Of a stretch of 64,000 nucleotides of DNA, positions 39,901 through 50,875 are shown one piece after another. Each line of letters starts with the position of its first letter. Position 1 is the stretch's first letter. Source of the DNA: Phoronis australis (Eukaryota > Animalia > Phoronida); assembly GCA_002633005.1 (NCBI GenBank), contig NMRA01001025.1, positions 4,893 to 68,892 of the forward strand, in the 5' to 3' direction. The notes beneath the pieces were generated by a model that was not told the DNA's origin, searched no databases, and was given only the letters and a program-made list of their open reading frames with translations. The translations under genes were made by a program, and so were the position numbers.

Positions 39901-41298
39901 AACTTACAGATCTAGAATAATTTTACCTGTAATTTATTACCTGAGGCGGTCTTTAAGCTGAAATTTGTCGTATCTTCACGATGAGCCAGGTCAATTAATG
40001 CTGCGTGCGGGAAATGCGAGGTATACACCATATTAACTTACGACTACAGTGAACATGCAATATAATCGCGCTTCATATGCAAACAAATGGCTAATGGACA
40101 ACCAAATGCGTACAACACAATGTAAAGCAAGAACAATCAAAACAAAATAACGACGCTTTTATGCTAGGTGGCATCAATATGTTCTCAAGGACATGATCAC
40201 CACTACTCCATCAGGGAACTCGGGCCACGGAAATAGACAAGAATTGTCGATGACTTCTGATTTTTGGCCGAGGTACAAAATTTTGTTAAAATGAATTGCA
40301 GATTTAGAGGGGGGCCAAAGGAGCCATGCCCCCCCCCCCTAAAATTCTCCCACATTCCATTTGGCAGTTCCGGGGTCCGAATGCCTGACGGGCAAAATCC
40401 TGGCTAATGCTCTGCCCTGCCCCCCCCCAACTCAAAATCCTGAATCCGCCCCTGAAGATAATGGTAAAACACTATCAACATGCTACATACCAGTTAGTTT
40501 GAAATAGGATTTTTTAAGTTGTGAGCGCATACTTTAAAGATGTATTTTCGTGCACCTAACTAGGTATAGCAAGAACTAAACGACAATGCTATTTGAACTT
40601 CATCTACGCTAAACAGCTTGTAAATGTGGAAACAAAAACTTCTGCATATAGGTAAACCTTGCATTATTGACGTACCTTGGGGGCTCACATAACCCGAACC
40701 ACGTCACGATACATACTGGACAAGGTTAAGTGGTTTACGGCGGATCATTTTCGACACAAACCTCGTTCTTAAATACATTTGGCAATTTTTAACCTACTTC
40801 ATATTCAAATCGTCTCTATATGTAGTGTTTCTAACTAATTTGACCAAGCATTCACAGAGATGAGGAATTAGCGTGCAAGTTCCACTTTAAAGTCGGAGTA
40901 CAGACCAGAACCAACTATGCTTTTCAGCCTTAGTTTTCCTAAACCTGGAATGGTGCAGGTATAAATAAAGAGGTCGTTATGCTTGTCATATCTAAAGGGA
41001 ATTTTTTACAACGGCCAAAGCATATCTTAAGTTCTTTTCACTTTGTTTTGCAAACATTTTTCGATTCCAAAGACATTTCAGTAAAATATAGCGAGTAACC
41101 TTGCTGTTTTCCAGGTATAGGACTAGGCCCCTGTCCTTGTTGAAACACCTTACAACAGCCTTGCTCTTTACCTGTTATCAGACGCTGATCAGCCAACCGT
41201 TGGTGAAATTCCCTGGATCTATCGTCAACGCCGCAGGCATCTTCACTAAAGCGATGGGCCTCACGTTGAAATTCACACTTCAGGAGTTTTGGGTGTAG
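21896..41298 (+). CDS. SQLE: Squalene monooxygenase (squalene epoxidase)-like flavoprotein, 8 coding exons, 490 aa: join(21896..21985,29702..29921,33160..33319,33988..34090,36041..36335,37872..38204,38356..38443,41115..41298)
   Basis: All seven introns are GT-AG with consistent phases (0,1,2,0,1,1,2). Total 1473 nt with no internal stop. Motifs: [57 protein letters not shown].ML and a C-terminal membrane segment. Confidence 0.9.
22670..22810 (+). mobile_element. 3' fragment of a LINE ORF2 (C-terminal zinc knuckle)
   Basis: ERTCNICNTGEIETEIHFMLRCPVLADLRNRFIP fits the CxxC..E...H....C.....R pattern at non-LTR ORF2 ends. Confidence 0.75.
23047..23236 (-). mobile_element. Hairpin/MITE-like element with about 41-bp perfect arms and an internal tRNA-like B-box
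   Basis: ATGTTGCAAGCAATTTATCCCGTTCAATCCGCCATCTTTTT / AAAAAGATGGCGGATTGAACGGGATAAATTGCTTGCAACAT. Minus-strand GGTTCGAGTCC. Core homologous to 1918-2128 and 42574-42745. Confidence 0.8.
23919..24252 (+). mobile_element. PIF/Harbinger-like MITE (334 bp, TAA TSD)
   Basis: TAA|AGCCTTGGTCACAACCCGCCGT ... ACGGCGGGTTGTGACCATAGCT|TAA. Near-identical inverted copy at 55207-55539. Confidence 0.85.
27520..27860. repeat. Tandemly duplicated TTACATTTTACGT-rich repeat (about 170-bp unit x2); inverted relative at about 29310-29450
   Basis: Repeated TACGTTGCT.GGC..CTCCTAAAATGTA..AAGTT..TTACAA.TTACGTCGAATGCA..TACGAAAGC..CGTCATATTTCATGAGT. Confidence 0.7.
29702..29921 (+). CDS. SQLE: SQLE-like exon 2 (Rossmann GxGxxG, FAD binding)
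   Basis: Acceptor TTTAATTTACAG|. [73 protein letters not shown]. Donor G|GTAAGT. Confidence 0.95.
31134..31585. mobile_element. Fold-back element with about 185-bp imperfect inverted arms
   Basis: GTTAACGGACTCATAAACACG.. / ..CGTGTTTATGAGTCCGTTAAC, and inner CGATCCATTCACCCAAATACAC / GTGTATTTGGGTGAATGGATCG. Confidence 0.85.
32380..32645 (+). mobile_element. Penelope-like reverse transcriptase N-terminal fragment
   Basis: D.TLTREGQLQRILRKIK..IYNHLYPQGSQPGRVYGPPKMH matches the PLE P.GS.P...YGLPK.HK motif. Confidence 0.75.
33160..33319 (+). CDS. SQLE: SQLE-like exon 3
   Basis: Acceptor TTTCCTTTTAG|AC, phase 1. (D)LIREIKGASPLKKVAQSHEKESVWEFTLPRPALGFHHEKFVTALRERAALEK(N), compare SQLE FHHGRF...LR..A..EPN. 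Donor AA|GTAAGT. Not present in the ORF track. Confidence 0.9.
33988..34090 (+). CDS. SQLE: SQLE-like exon 4
   Basis: Acceptor CTTACAG|C, phase 2. VTFVEGTVTDVIEVENGIINGVKCRTENEGNLVT. Donor ACG|GTAAGT. Confidence 0.92.
36041..36335 (+). CDS. SQLE: SQLE-like exon 5 (DG motif)
   Basis: Acceptor GTTTCAG|. [21 protein letters not shown]...YMLVYDISDTDRRAML...KNMKEFIADVIAPRLP. Donor G|GTAAGT. Confidence 0.93.
37872..38204 (+). CDS. SQLE: SQLE-like exon 6 (GD/RHP motif)
   Basis: Acceptor TTTAATATCAG|AG, phase 1. ...[70 protein letters not shown]. Donor G|GTAAGC. Confidence 0.95.
38356..38443 (+). CDS. SQLE: SQLE-like exon 7
   Basis: Acceptor CTACAATGTAG|CT, phase 1. (A)[28 protein letters not shown](G), compare SQLE LR.ACF.YF.LGG.C..GPV.LL. 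Donor GG|GTAAGT. Not present in the ORF track. Confidence 0.9.
40298..40454 (+). mobile_element. Short hAT-like MITE (left end eroded); sister copy at 61075-61229
   Basis: GATTTAGAGGGGG..GGGCAAAATCCTGGCTAATGCTCTG..CTCAAAATCCTGAATCCGCCCCTG. Absent from duplication copy A. Confidence 0.75.
40538..40886. mobile_element. 349-bp TTAA-specific non-autonomous element (Kolobok-like termini AG...CT)
   Basis: TTAA at 40534-40537 and 40887-40890. The paralogous empty site has a single TTAA at 705-708 (GGTTTTAAAGTCGGGGTACAG). Confidence 0.8.
41115..41298 (+). CDS. SQLE: SQLE-like exon 8 (terminal, membrane helices)
   Basis: Acceptor GTTTTCCAG|G, phase 2 matching exon 7. YRTRPLSLLKHLTTALLFTCYQTLISQPLVKFPGSIVNAAGIFTKAMGLTLKFTLQEFWV*. 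Confidence 0.88.
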
Positions 41299-41869
41299 AT
41301 TTCAGGGATCTGTCGAAATTTGCACCACTGCTATGATAAAATGATTAATCAGGCTATGGGGAACTAATTGTTGAAGTACAAATTGACGTTAAAATTACTG
41401 TGAGGTGGTGGCGCATTAATATTAAGGAATGATGTTGCTCATCACCAATCCATGATATGTCGACATCTAAGAGCTTTGATATTTGGTGTTTGTAATATGA
41501 TCACGTACATTATGTCATAATTTTCAGGTATTTCGTTTAGGCTCATTAAGCACCACATGTTTCTATTGACCTTCCGAACTTTATAATAGTATAGGTTTGT
41601 TATAACTTATATTGGGATCAAAAAATGCATCCCACAATTCCCTGCTTTGATTGAAGTCTCCGACATGTTGTTTACGTCAGACACAGGCTAAGCTAAAGGC
41701 AATGCCATACAAGTAATTTTGATGAATACGCACATCACATCTGACGCAAACAAGTCAAGGTATTTTTGAAATTCATCCTGGTACGGGTATTGGAGATAGT
41801 TAGGCCTACAAAAGATCTTAAACCCAGCCGCAGAGCGTCTAAAGCCGCGCACCGGACTGCTGGCAACTC

Positions 41870-41902
41870 AGTTGTGTCTCCGATGGCATCGGAGACACAA
41901 CT
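41870..41902. repeat. Perfect palindrome, 16-bp arms with a 1-nt centre
   Basis: AGTTGTGTCTCCGATG-G-CATCGGAGACACAACT. Confidence 0.95.
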
Positions 41903-42573
41903 TTAACATACTTCGCCGCAGAGATAATAACTCTTGGGCTGTCTCCGGTGAGTCAATTCATTCTTAAATTATGTTTAGGTAAAAATTATTGTGTGGCTAC
42001 AGTAGGTCTTGAAGTACATGTAACTTGAAAAAGGATGACGGTGGATTGTCGCGAATATTGCCACATCTCCCACACTCCTTTATGGCTTATCGCCTGTTCA
42101 GAATGACAGGTGGCGCAAATCTAACTGTTGATGTCATACTCAGTTTTGGGAAGTAACTAAACTACTGTTGTTATTCCACAATTTTTTGTAGAAAAGGTGA
42201 CCTTGCTCTGATTGTAGCCTCGGACAAGTAATACGTGCTATTGTGTGACTAACGTTAAAGGTCTTGAAGTATGACTTATCGAAATTGTCGCATTTTCAAA
42301 ATGAGAGGTGGTGTGAATCTGTTGCTTACGTTCACAGTTTTGGAGGGTAACTAGATTACTGTTCTTATGTAGTACCAGAACTCTGTAATTCCACAAATTT
42401 GTTCCAGGCAATGTGATCTCTTGGGTAAGGTGGTATCTTAAGGTCTCGTGGCTCCGCAAAGAGCAATCCTTGATTGGTGTTGTGAATTTTTCAAAACCAA
42501 AATCGAAGTTTTCGTGTAACTGAAATTTGAAAAAACTTAAACCCGCGTTAAAATATACAAGATTGCAAATATA

Positions 42574-42745
42574 TTAAGTCTGGTTTTACACGTCACCTGT
42601 TGGCCACATCACGTGACCTAATAAACATAAGTGGACCCGAAGGCTTAGTGGACTAGAGCTTCAGCACGGTTAACAGAAGGTCGTTGATTCGATATTCATT
42701 GGATCACGTGATGTGATCAGCAGCTGCCACGCAGACCAGGCTTAA
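42574..42745 (+). mobile_element. Paralogous copy of the 1918-2128 hairpin element (internal deletion)
   Basis: TTAAGTCTGG..CACCTGTTGGCCACATCACGTGACCTAAT..GGCTTAGTGGACTAGAGC..ATTCATTGGATCACGTGATGTG..CCAGGCTTAA. Confidence 0.7.
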
Positions 42746-44289
42746 AATGTTTGCAGTTTATTCAAGTTTTCTTGCCAGCCTACTTTAGCGTTCGCCTGGA
42801 TATACATCATTTAGTCTAAACTTATGCAACACAATCCACAATCAGAATCCGAATGAAATTGGTCTGTGAAACTTGTGGCCTTTGTTTTCTGACGCATTGT
42901 GGGTTGCAGGAATGTACTACTTGCTGACCTCTCAACGCACTTGTTTTAGGTGTAGAAACGCAGGAATGTGAAAGTACTGGTAAGAATTGGCTATAGGCAG
43001 GGATAATTTCAGGTGCGAGTCCCGCATCAATGGTGCAAAAAATAATTTCAATAACGCACTCTGCCTAACTTACTGGGGCCAACAGAAGAAACGAAAAAGG
43101 ACAGTAAGCAAACATGGCCCAGCACCTCCAAATTGGGCAATAGACTTGAAACCGTCCGTGTCAATTCAGTCATAATCACGTTTCTTTTCAGAAGTTGTTG
43201 AGGATACGTGTTGATAAGAAATGTGAAATGGACATAATATATTCATAGATCATAAAAGTTGTCCCAGTTTCTTTTACAAGTATTCCTAAACTGTATTATT
43301 TGTCTGAAATGTTAACAAAATCACAATTCTGTGATCAACTGCCCCCCCCCCCTCCCCTTCAGAAAAGACATCATTGGACCTACATGGACTAATGTTTATG
43401 TTTTTGGGGCCCTCTGTGAAAGATAAATCACGGTCACCCCCATAAACCCCGGAGCACTCCCTGATTCCCCTGTGCTTGCCTACAGTGCTGGTCGTCGGTA
43501 TGCTACTTGTACCCCACGTGAACTCGGAAACGTCTGTTTGGACATTTCGAAATTCTTGCGTCTTCGGCACTCTACCGTGGTGTGCTCGTCATTAGTAGCA
43601 AAAAATAAGCGAACAAAAAAATCTCGAAATTTTCTTGGAAAACTTCGTGTTTTAGAAAATGGGCACGCACGGAACGGTGCGTGGTAACTGTTAGAATAAT
43701 TAGGGTGGCTAAAAGGTTTAGGTGCCAACGATCTCCACCCACAAAATGTCGCGTGGAGGGTGCGTGTCACAAAAATCGTATTTTAATGTAGATTGTTTTA
43801 ATCGAAATACGAGGTTGTGGTCAAGTATAGCACAATGCTGACACTTCGTTTCACCTTATGAATCATTGTTGCGTTACCTTTCCTAACAAATTATGACGAG
43901 CTTGCTGAAGACAATGCGTAATGTAATTTGTCCGACACTGAAAATCTGCGGCATCTAGGCTATTGCTCACGGTTGTTCGATTTCTAAGGCGATGACAAGG
44001 GCAATTTACTCGACTCCTGCTTGGAACTTGGTCACTGCGTCACCGTCATCACTTCCGATCTTTTTAAAGAAATCGACCGATAACATTCATAATACCTTCT
44101 ATAGCAATATGCATATCCTTTAACAACCAAAAAGGTCTGAAAAGTAACACTCTGGCGCTGAGCCATAGGGATACTATGTCATCGCCAAAACTGAGGAGTC
44201 TGAAGTATCCTAAGCTTCTCTTTTTAGGTCAACTCTGGTATAGTTCTTGATCCGCGGCTGCACATAGTTCGTAGATGCAGGAAGCACGA

Positions 44290-45570
44290 GATTTGTTTAA
44301 CTGAACAGGTGTGAATCAAATGTGAGTGCAATTTTCCACCACCCTCCCTGCGGTCGCCTCTGTGGCTACCTGGTTGCGCTCCACGCCTCGAGATCGACAC
44401 CAGCCTTGCACCTCCGCCTGCAACTCCGTCGTTACGTCAACACCAGTACCCCCATCCAAAAACAGTTTTACCTCAGGCCACCTCTTTCGTTTTAGTAGGG
44501 TCTTAGGAAGGTAAACATTATTGGGGAATAGAAGAGACATAAACTAATTCGTCCTCGCCAAATTTTCCCCGGGGTCCCAAAGTTAGATTCCCCCTTGTCA
44601 TACCCAATTTCGCACCCTCTCCCCACACGTGTTCGGACTTTGTTGTTTGGGACGCAAGCCTCGTGCAGCCGGTCTTTAAAAACGGGGGTACCCAGACTTC
44701 AGCAAAATTTCGCTAGGAAGGGTCTCTTATTACACTCCAGTAGTTTTCGCGGTTGGGGCATGACTTTGAGCTTTAGGGCTATCTTTTATGAATTCCAAGA
44801 GAAGCCAAAATCATTATATCAATCGGTCCAAAAGTAACGTACATGTATGAAATCCTTATCTTGTGTCGCAGTATCCAGTGAAATACAGGGAGAAACAACA
44901 TCACCTGGAAATGAGTAAATGGAACTTGGAACTTCGTGTCGGAAACTTGGATTATAAATCAAAATTCATTTTATTAGGTTGCGGTTTGGGGAAGTTCACT
45001 TGGGTCATGTATTGAATGGGTAGACATTGAGAAGGAGCGGTTCGTAGTCGGCCCCTGGTGGGCTAATGGACTGCTTTAATATCTCTTGTTGAAAATAAGC
45101 TCCCGAGTTTCGAGCGGATGGCCCCAGAGGGCTTAAATGGTATCAGGTTTCCCAAAATTTCAAAAGGTTACTGAAACTTCAATTTTAGAAGAACTTCAAT
45201 TTGACTAAACATCAAGTGCACTTTGCTGTTCAGTCACTGCAGGGTTGGTGGAGATTTTCCCGAATTCAAGTTCATTGAAGCATCACCAATTCCTTACAAG
45301 AGCCATCTATTATAATAAAAAATCGTTTGTAGAATCAATCCATTTCCGTAGAGACGTACATGTACATGTAAATCAAGATCTTTTCTGGAAATAACTTTCA
45401 TATATCACGTCATATCGTGGCAACATTATATACAAACTAAAACCACTCGAATTGTGAATTGACAGCCGGTTATTACCTTGCATAACTCTATGAAATCTGC
45501 AATTCACAATATAAGTTTTTAAGCAACTCCAAAAGTGGTTTAGGCAGATGCGTGTACCTGACGGACATCC
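44290..45570. repeat. Segmental duplication block 2, copy B
   Basis: Collinear with 8190-9470. Confidence 0.92.
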
Positions 45571-48500
45571 ACTTGAGACAGTGCATACAGCCGTGTGTAT
45601 TTTCGGAAAGGTGAATGAATTTGCTAACAAGATTTATTATTCTTATTTACTTGTCTTTACTTTTGAAATCTCTGTTCAAACTCAATTTTATTTACTAAAA
45701 ACGCATATCTCGTGAAAATTAAGGAGATGTAAATAAGAATAATACATTCTGTAAAGAAATTTATTCACCTTTCAGAAAATGTATACTTTGTAGGAGTTAG
45801 AGCTAACAGAAAACAAGATATTTGCAGATAAGTACAACCTGGTAAACAAGGTCCACAGTTACCTTAAACGATCGAAATCGTTTTCTGTGTGTAATTTCCC
45901 AAAAACGGCAAAAGAAAGGCAAATGGTTCTATCGTTGGGGCCTCCTACGTGAGTGACTCCTCGCTTGCCACCTGATTCCTACATGTACGTTCCTGTTTAG
46001 TGGAGGCTATGCTGTTCACTAACTTAGTTTGTGAGAGTGCTCACTAAATGTGAATATGCAAAACAGAGGCTCAGAAAGTTGAAACACTTTGGTCTTATGG
46101 AAAACGCAGTTTCTTACTTTCAACCGGGCTTATGTCTTTTAATGTGACATGGCCCACATGAACAGATAGATATTACAGGAAAAAAGACCTGCCAATATTT
46201 CGAGAGTTGTTCACGCGTCAGTTGAAAATGTAGTATACGTCCATGTTTAATGTGTTGATTTCCACGAAAACGACCTTCACCTTCAGCCTGTGCATGCATC
46301 CACAGCAGCAGTGGGGCGATGTTAAGTGCTCCTGCCTTGAATCTTTCCGTTGGATTCGCACCTGATGTTGTAAAACTGACAATTACGACTACACACACAT
46401 CTTTGTAAGTGGGTGGCAGTATTTATTAGTGAATCAATATTTCAGGTTTACATGTTGTCAACATTTCTACGTGACTACAAGGGTTTTAAAATTTTAACAC
46501 ATCTGTGTCTAGCGTAATGACATGCAATTCGACGTCGTTTGCGCCACATCACTACTCGCAATATCCAGCGTAATCAATCGTCACTTTCTTGAATCGACAA
46601 TCGTTGGGAGGCGGGTGCAATGCGTTGCAAATCTTGTAGCTGCAGTCAGCGTTATCAAGTTCACACGGGTTTTCTGGAAACAATAGTTGTAAGCATTATA
46701 TGCATGTTTTATTCATAAAATATCTTTAATTACAAATAGTCTACGTTTACGGATTGTTTGTACCCTTATTTTAAGTGAACTAATCGGTTTGTCCATTATT
46801 TTCGATACAGCCCCGTGTAGAAGAGGGATGCCAAGACTCTCAAGTGACCTAGCTATGCATTCTATTGTTAGCTTGTGACCCCTGAGACTTCACGCGGGAC
46901 TGGCCGCGACTATTTCCAGTTGTTTGGTCGACTTGGTTTTGATCAAGTCAAATTTCATTACTTCATTTTCACTTTCTCAGTTTTGTTCACAATGGAATTA
47001 ACAAGAGAGACTTTTGAGGAACGGTTCCAGACAACTAGCGGTTGTTTGGCAAAATTAGTCAACAAGCCCGTCAATTACATTCTGGTCATTCCTTGCCACA
47101 GGCTCGAAGGCCTGGCTGGATGCTGGTAATAGTCTGACCTCTGGTATCTCTTCAGCTCTAGTTTTAGAACAACTATCAGAATTTTTAAATCAAGACGTTT
47201 TTGGGTGTTAAATGATGTTACAGTGTTTTATGGAAAAAGTGACATTTGGTTTCTGGGCGTTAGTACTTATAATAAATGAAGTTTAGACGCTACTAACAGG
47301 TGTGTTTACGTGACTTTCGAAGAACGCATTTATTTTTGTGGCTAAGTGTGTATATACATTTTTATCCCATCTACACGTAAGTGTGAATACAGCCATGGAA
47401 TACGTCATAGAATACGTCATTAAATACGTGAAAGTAGAGACATCTTTTGAGGGATTGAAACCTTATACAACGGTTGGTGTGCAGTCTCATGCAGCGGAGT
47501 AAATCCGTGTGTACGACGGCAAATTTGATCGGTCTTCCTCATTTGATCTACCTAATACATTCATTCAAGACGTCATTCCTGAAAAAGCTCTAAAAATATG
47601 AACTTTCAACAAAGATTTACCGATGAAAATTCCGACGCACGATGATCAGGTCCAATTATAGGCTTCGACATTTTTTTTTAAATAGTAAAATGTGGGTCAC
47701 TAGACATGGGCCAATATAACCTACGCATTCTTCCCAACAAAATCCTGCAAATCTAATTCAATTCAAGCAAAAACGTTTCGTTATGAATGCATATAATATA
47801 TTTACACTGAGAGCTAAGATATGTACAGGAAAGTGCGATCTGATATCGAGCATGTGTTTCTTCACTGACGCAGTCTACTCGCAGCAACATTTGACTCTCC
47901 CTCTCTCTCTGTTAGCTTCAAAACTGCGTTTTGCAATACAGTACTTACCACAAAATTCCACGCAGTAGTTTAGTTTCCATTGTTATTTTTCGGGGCTGTG
48001 ATCAACGGAGGGAATACTTTTTTTACTATTTCCTGCCTTTCCAGAAGCTAAGAAACGAAAAATAGACCAAGAAAACTACAAAATCGATCGAAGTGGAATT
48101 GACAAACCAGTGTACACCTGTTCAGTTAACGTTACAAATTTTATATTCCCCACGACCTTTTAATATTATTGAATGGCTCGTGTTTTAGCTTGTATATTTC
48201 ACAAAACGAAAACTGTTATCAACTTATTATGAAATAAAACTTTACTAATTATCCAACATCATAAATAATCGTGTCGCTTAACCGGCGAGGATACACTTGG
48301 CATGTATATGACGTTATGTAACAACAACCCAAAGTGCATGGAACAAGATATCGCCTTTATGCAAATAAGTTTCCATACATGTGATACGTAAGTTATCCTA
48401 CATAGATAGGAATGCAACTGTCATATCCAATCGAGAAGTCATTTCGTCTGGGAACATCCCAACGAGACCGAAGGTCGAATTAATGGTACATTCCAAGATA

Positions 48501-50875
48501 AAACGAATTCGACATAGTACATGTATATCGCAGTAGCACGTATTCCTTACGTGGGATAACTTATGTTTATTCCGTGCTCTGTTCGAGTATAATACGAATT
48601 GTTCATGCGAATTTCTAGTCCACGTTTGTACTTGAATATACCTAGATTCCAGCCACAAATGCGAGAACACGCTCGAGATTTCGAGTGAAAACTTGAAATT
48701 TCGAGTTCGGGCTCGAAGGTTAATCCTCAACGCTTTAGTCATGAAGTGCGTGCTAGGATTAGTTAGATATCTACGTACACCAATATGCAAATGAGCATAA
48801 AAGAACAGTTTGCAAAAAGTAGAATGGAAAATGCGAAAAAGAATTTCGAGTTCGATTTCGAGTAAAAAGTTTAGACCCCTGGGCTAGATAACCTTTCCGC
48901 CTTATAAGTTATAACACATTCTTGGCACTGCAACGTGAAGTACGGAGCTTGGATGGGACGAAGGTATCTTCAAATGGGACGGAAATACTCAATAATGGAA
49001 GGGTTGGGTCAAAATTGAGAAGGACTGGCCAAAACGGGGAACGACAAACAAAAAATGGAAAGAACGTGGTTGCTATGAAAAGGACGATGTCGTATGATTT
49101 TTTCATTAAAACGCCACCTCAGTTAGTACACTCGAACCAGTCCTGCTTAATAACATCTGTGGGGACACGGAGTCTAATCTCCGAACTCAGACTTGACTTA
49201 GCCTTATATTCAAAATTCAAGTAATTACGTTGCATAACGTGACGTGGAGTTGGTCAATTTTTCAAGTCAAATTTCATGTACACCCTGGGCCAGGTGCATT
49301 ACTAATGTCGTGAAATGTTTTGTAGACCCTGAAAAACTTTTAAATTCCTTAGAAATATATAAAATAAAATAGAAATTTAATGTTTCTTGAGGTCTAGCAT
49401 GGTCAGTATTCCGGAGACAAGATATCGATTCGAGTTTAAGTAACTAATCAGACTTATATTAGAACGATGATGTTTTTAAATATTACTAATAACTTGGTTT
49501 ACGTAGTTAAATAAGGTGAAGAATACTTCTTTTCTTCTTTGACAATTAAAGTTTACTGAAAAATTCAAAGTACGGCTGGTGTGTGGGTGCGTGCGTGCGT
49601 GCGTATATGCGTGTGTTTCGGTACACGGCTTCATAATCGCTGTATTTTAAGTTTTTTAGAAATACACAAATAGCACAAATGAAATCGTTGCATGACGCCG
49701 ATATAATGTACCCATTAGCAAGCCCTTACATGGCCTTGCTAAAAGTGTTATCAGATCATTCCATATGTGATCATTTGATGTAAAACTCAAAATTTTCTGT
49801 GTTTTTGCTCATCTACACCATGTCAATTGCTGATTCATGATGGAAATTTAAAATTTCAAGCCCTATGTGTCTTCCTGTAACGTGTTTAAACGAGTTATTA
49901 GTTTCACGAAAGTTGTAAGAACCTCTTCATTATATCCATTTTTGACTTTCAATCATGTGAAACCTCAGGACTCAAATCATGTATTCGTTTTCACTGGTTG
50001 TGAACATTGCCTATTTCAATTTTGAGTTTAGTTTTCTCGTCATTTCGTTCTTCCATAGACACACTGAAATCTGTGTGTTTATGGCTGTTCTACAACTTAA
50101 AATTTTCTAAGCTATTAGATTACTTATCGTTGACTGATTAGAGTATTTTTGTATGTGTGATGTGTATAACTGAACCCTTTACAGTGTCCGGAATGAAACA
50201 TGTCCTAACCCATTATATACATGTATTACTAGATAAGCCGGTAGTATGTGGGAAATGCCGATAGGATATAGCTACACCTTCAAGTGAACATCAGTGTTCA
50301 TCGCAAGAGACAGGAATATTTCTTGAATAGACCGTTTTATTTCAAAGCTTCAATTAGAAATTCCGTCAGACTTAGACAGAGTGTGCGTGTGGTAACTGCC
50401 AAGAAAAATCATTGTATAGTGGGCGTGTTTTCAGTCTAGTCATGTGTTGTTGGAGACCTCGTGTTTCGCTTCAGGTTTGGCTGGTGGCCAGGACTCGTGT
50501 ATTTCTTAGTTGCTCTAATATAACAAGATATATATAAGAATGTAGTAAATGTGATCGTTTTTATTTGTTACCTTCGGTCATTACAGTGCGGTTGTGGAAT
50601 CCTTTCGCCCCAGCACAATACAAATTTCTTTCCGGAACATTTGACCCTGACGTAACATAATGTACGGTAATCAGTTATTCTTTAAAGTCAAAGCTAAGAA
50701 AGCATTTAAAATATTCTATTAAACACAAAGTACGTAATGCATTTACAAAAATACATATAAAGCGGGGAGAAAGTCAGCTAGCTTTATGAATCAAGACTAT
50801 AGTTAACTTACACATGCGCACACCCAGCCTTCAATATAGGTGGACTCGTATTACTGGCGATGTGGACCTTTTACG

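Larger units (their letters stand above)
39730..43535. repeat. Segmental duplication block 1, copy B
   Basis: Collinear with 70-2865, interrupted by copy-specific insertions at about 40298-40454, 40538-40886 and 41731-41985. Confidence 0.93.

Noticed and set aside
46991-47129. Good acceptor followed by MELTRETFEERF.. short ORF
   Set aside because: No recognisable domain and no partner exons identified.
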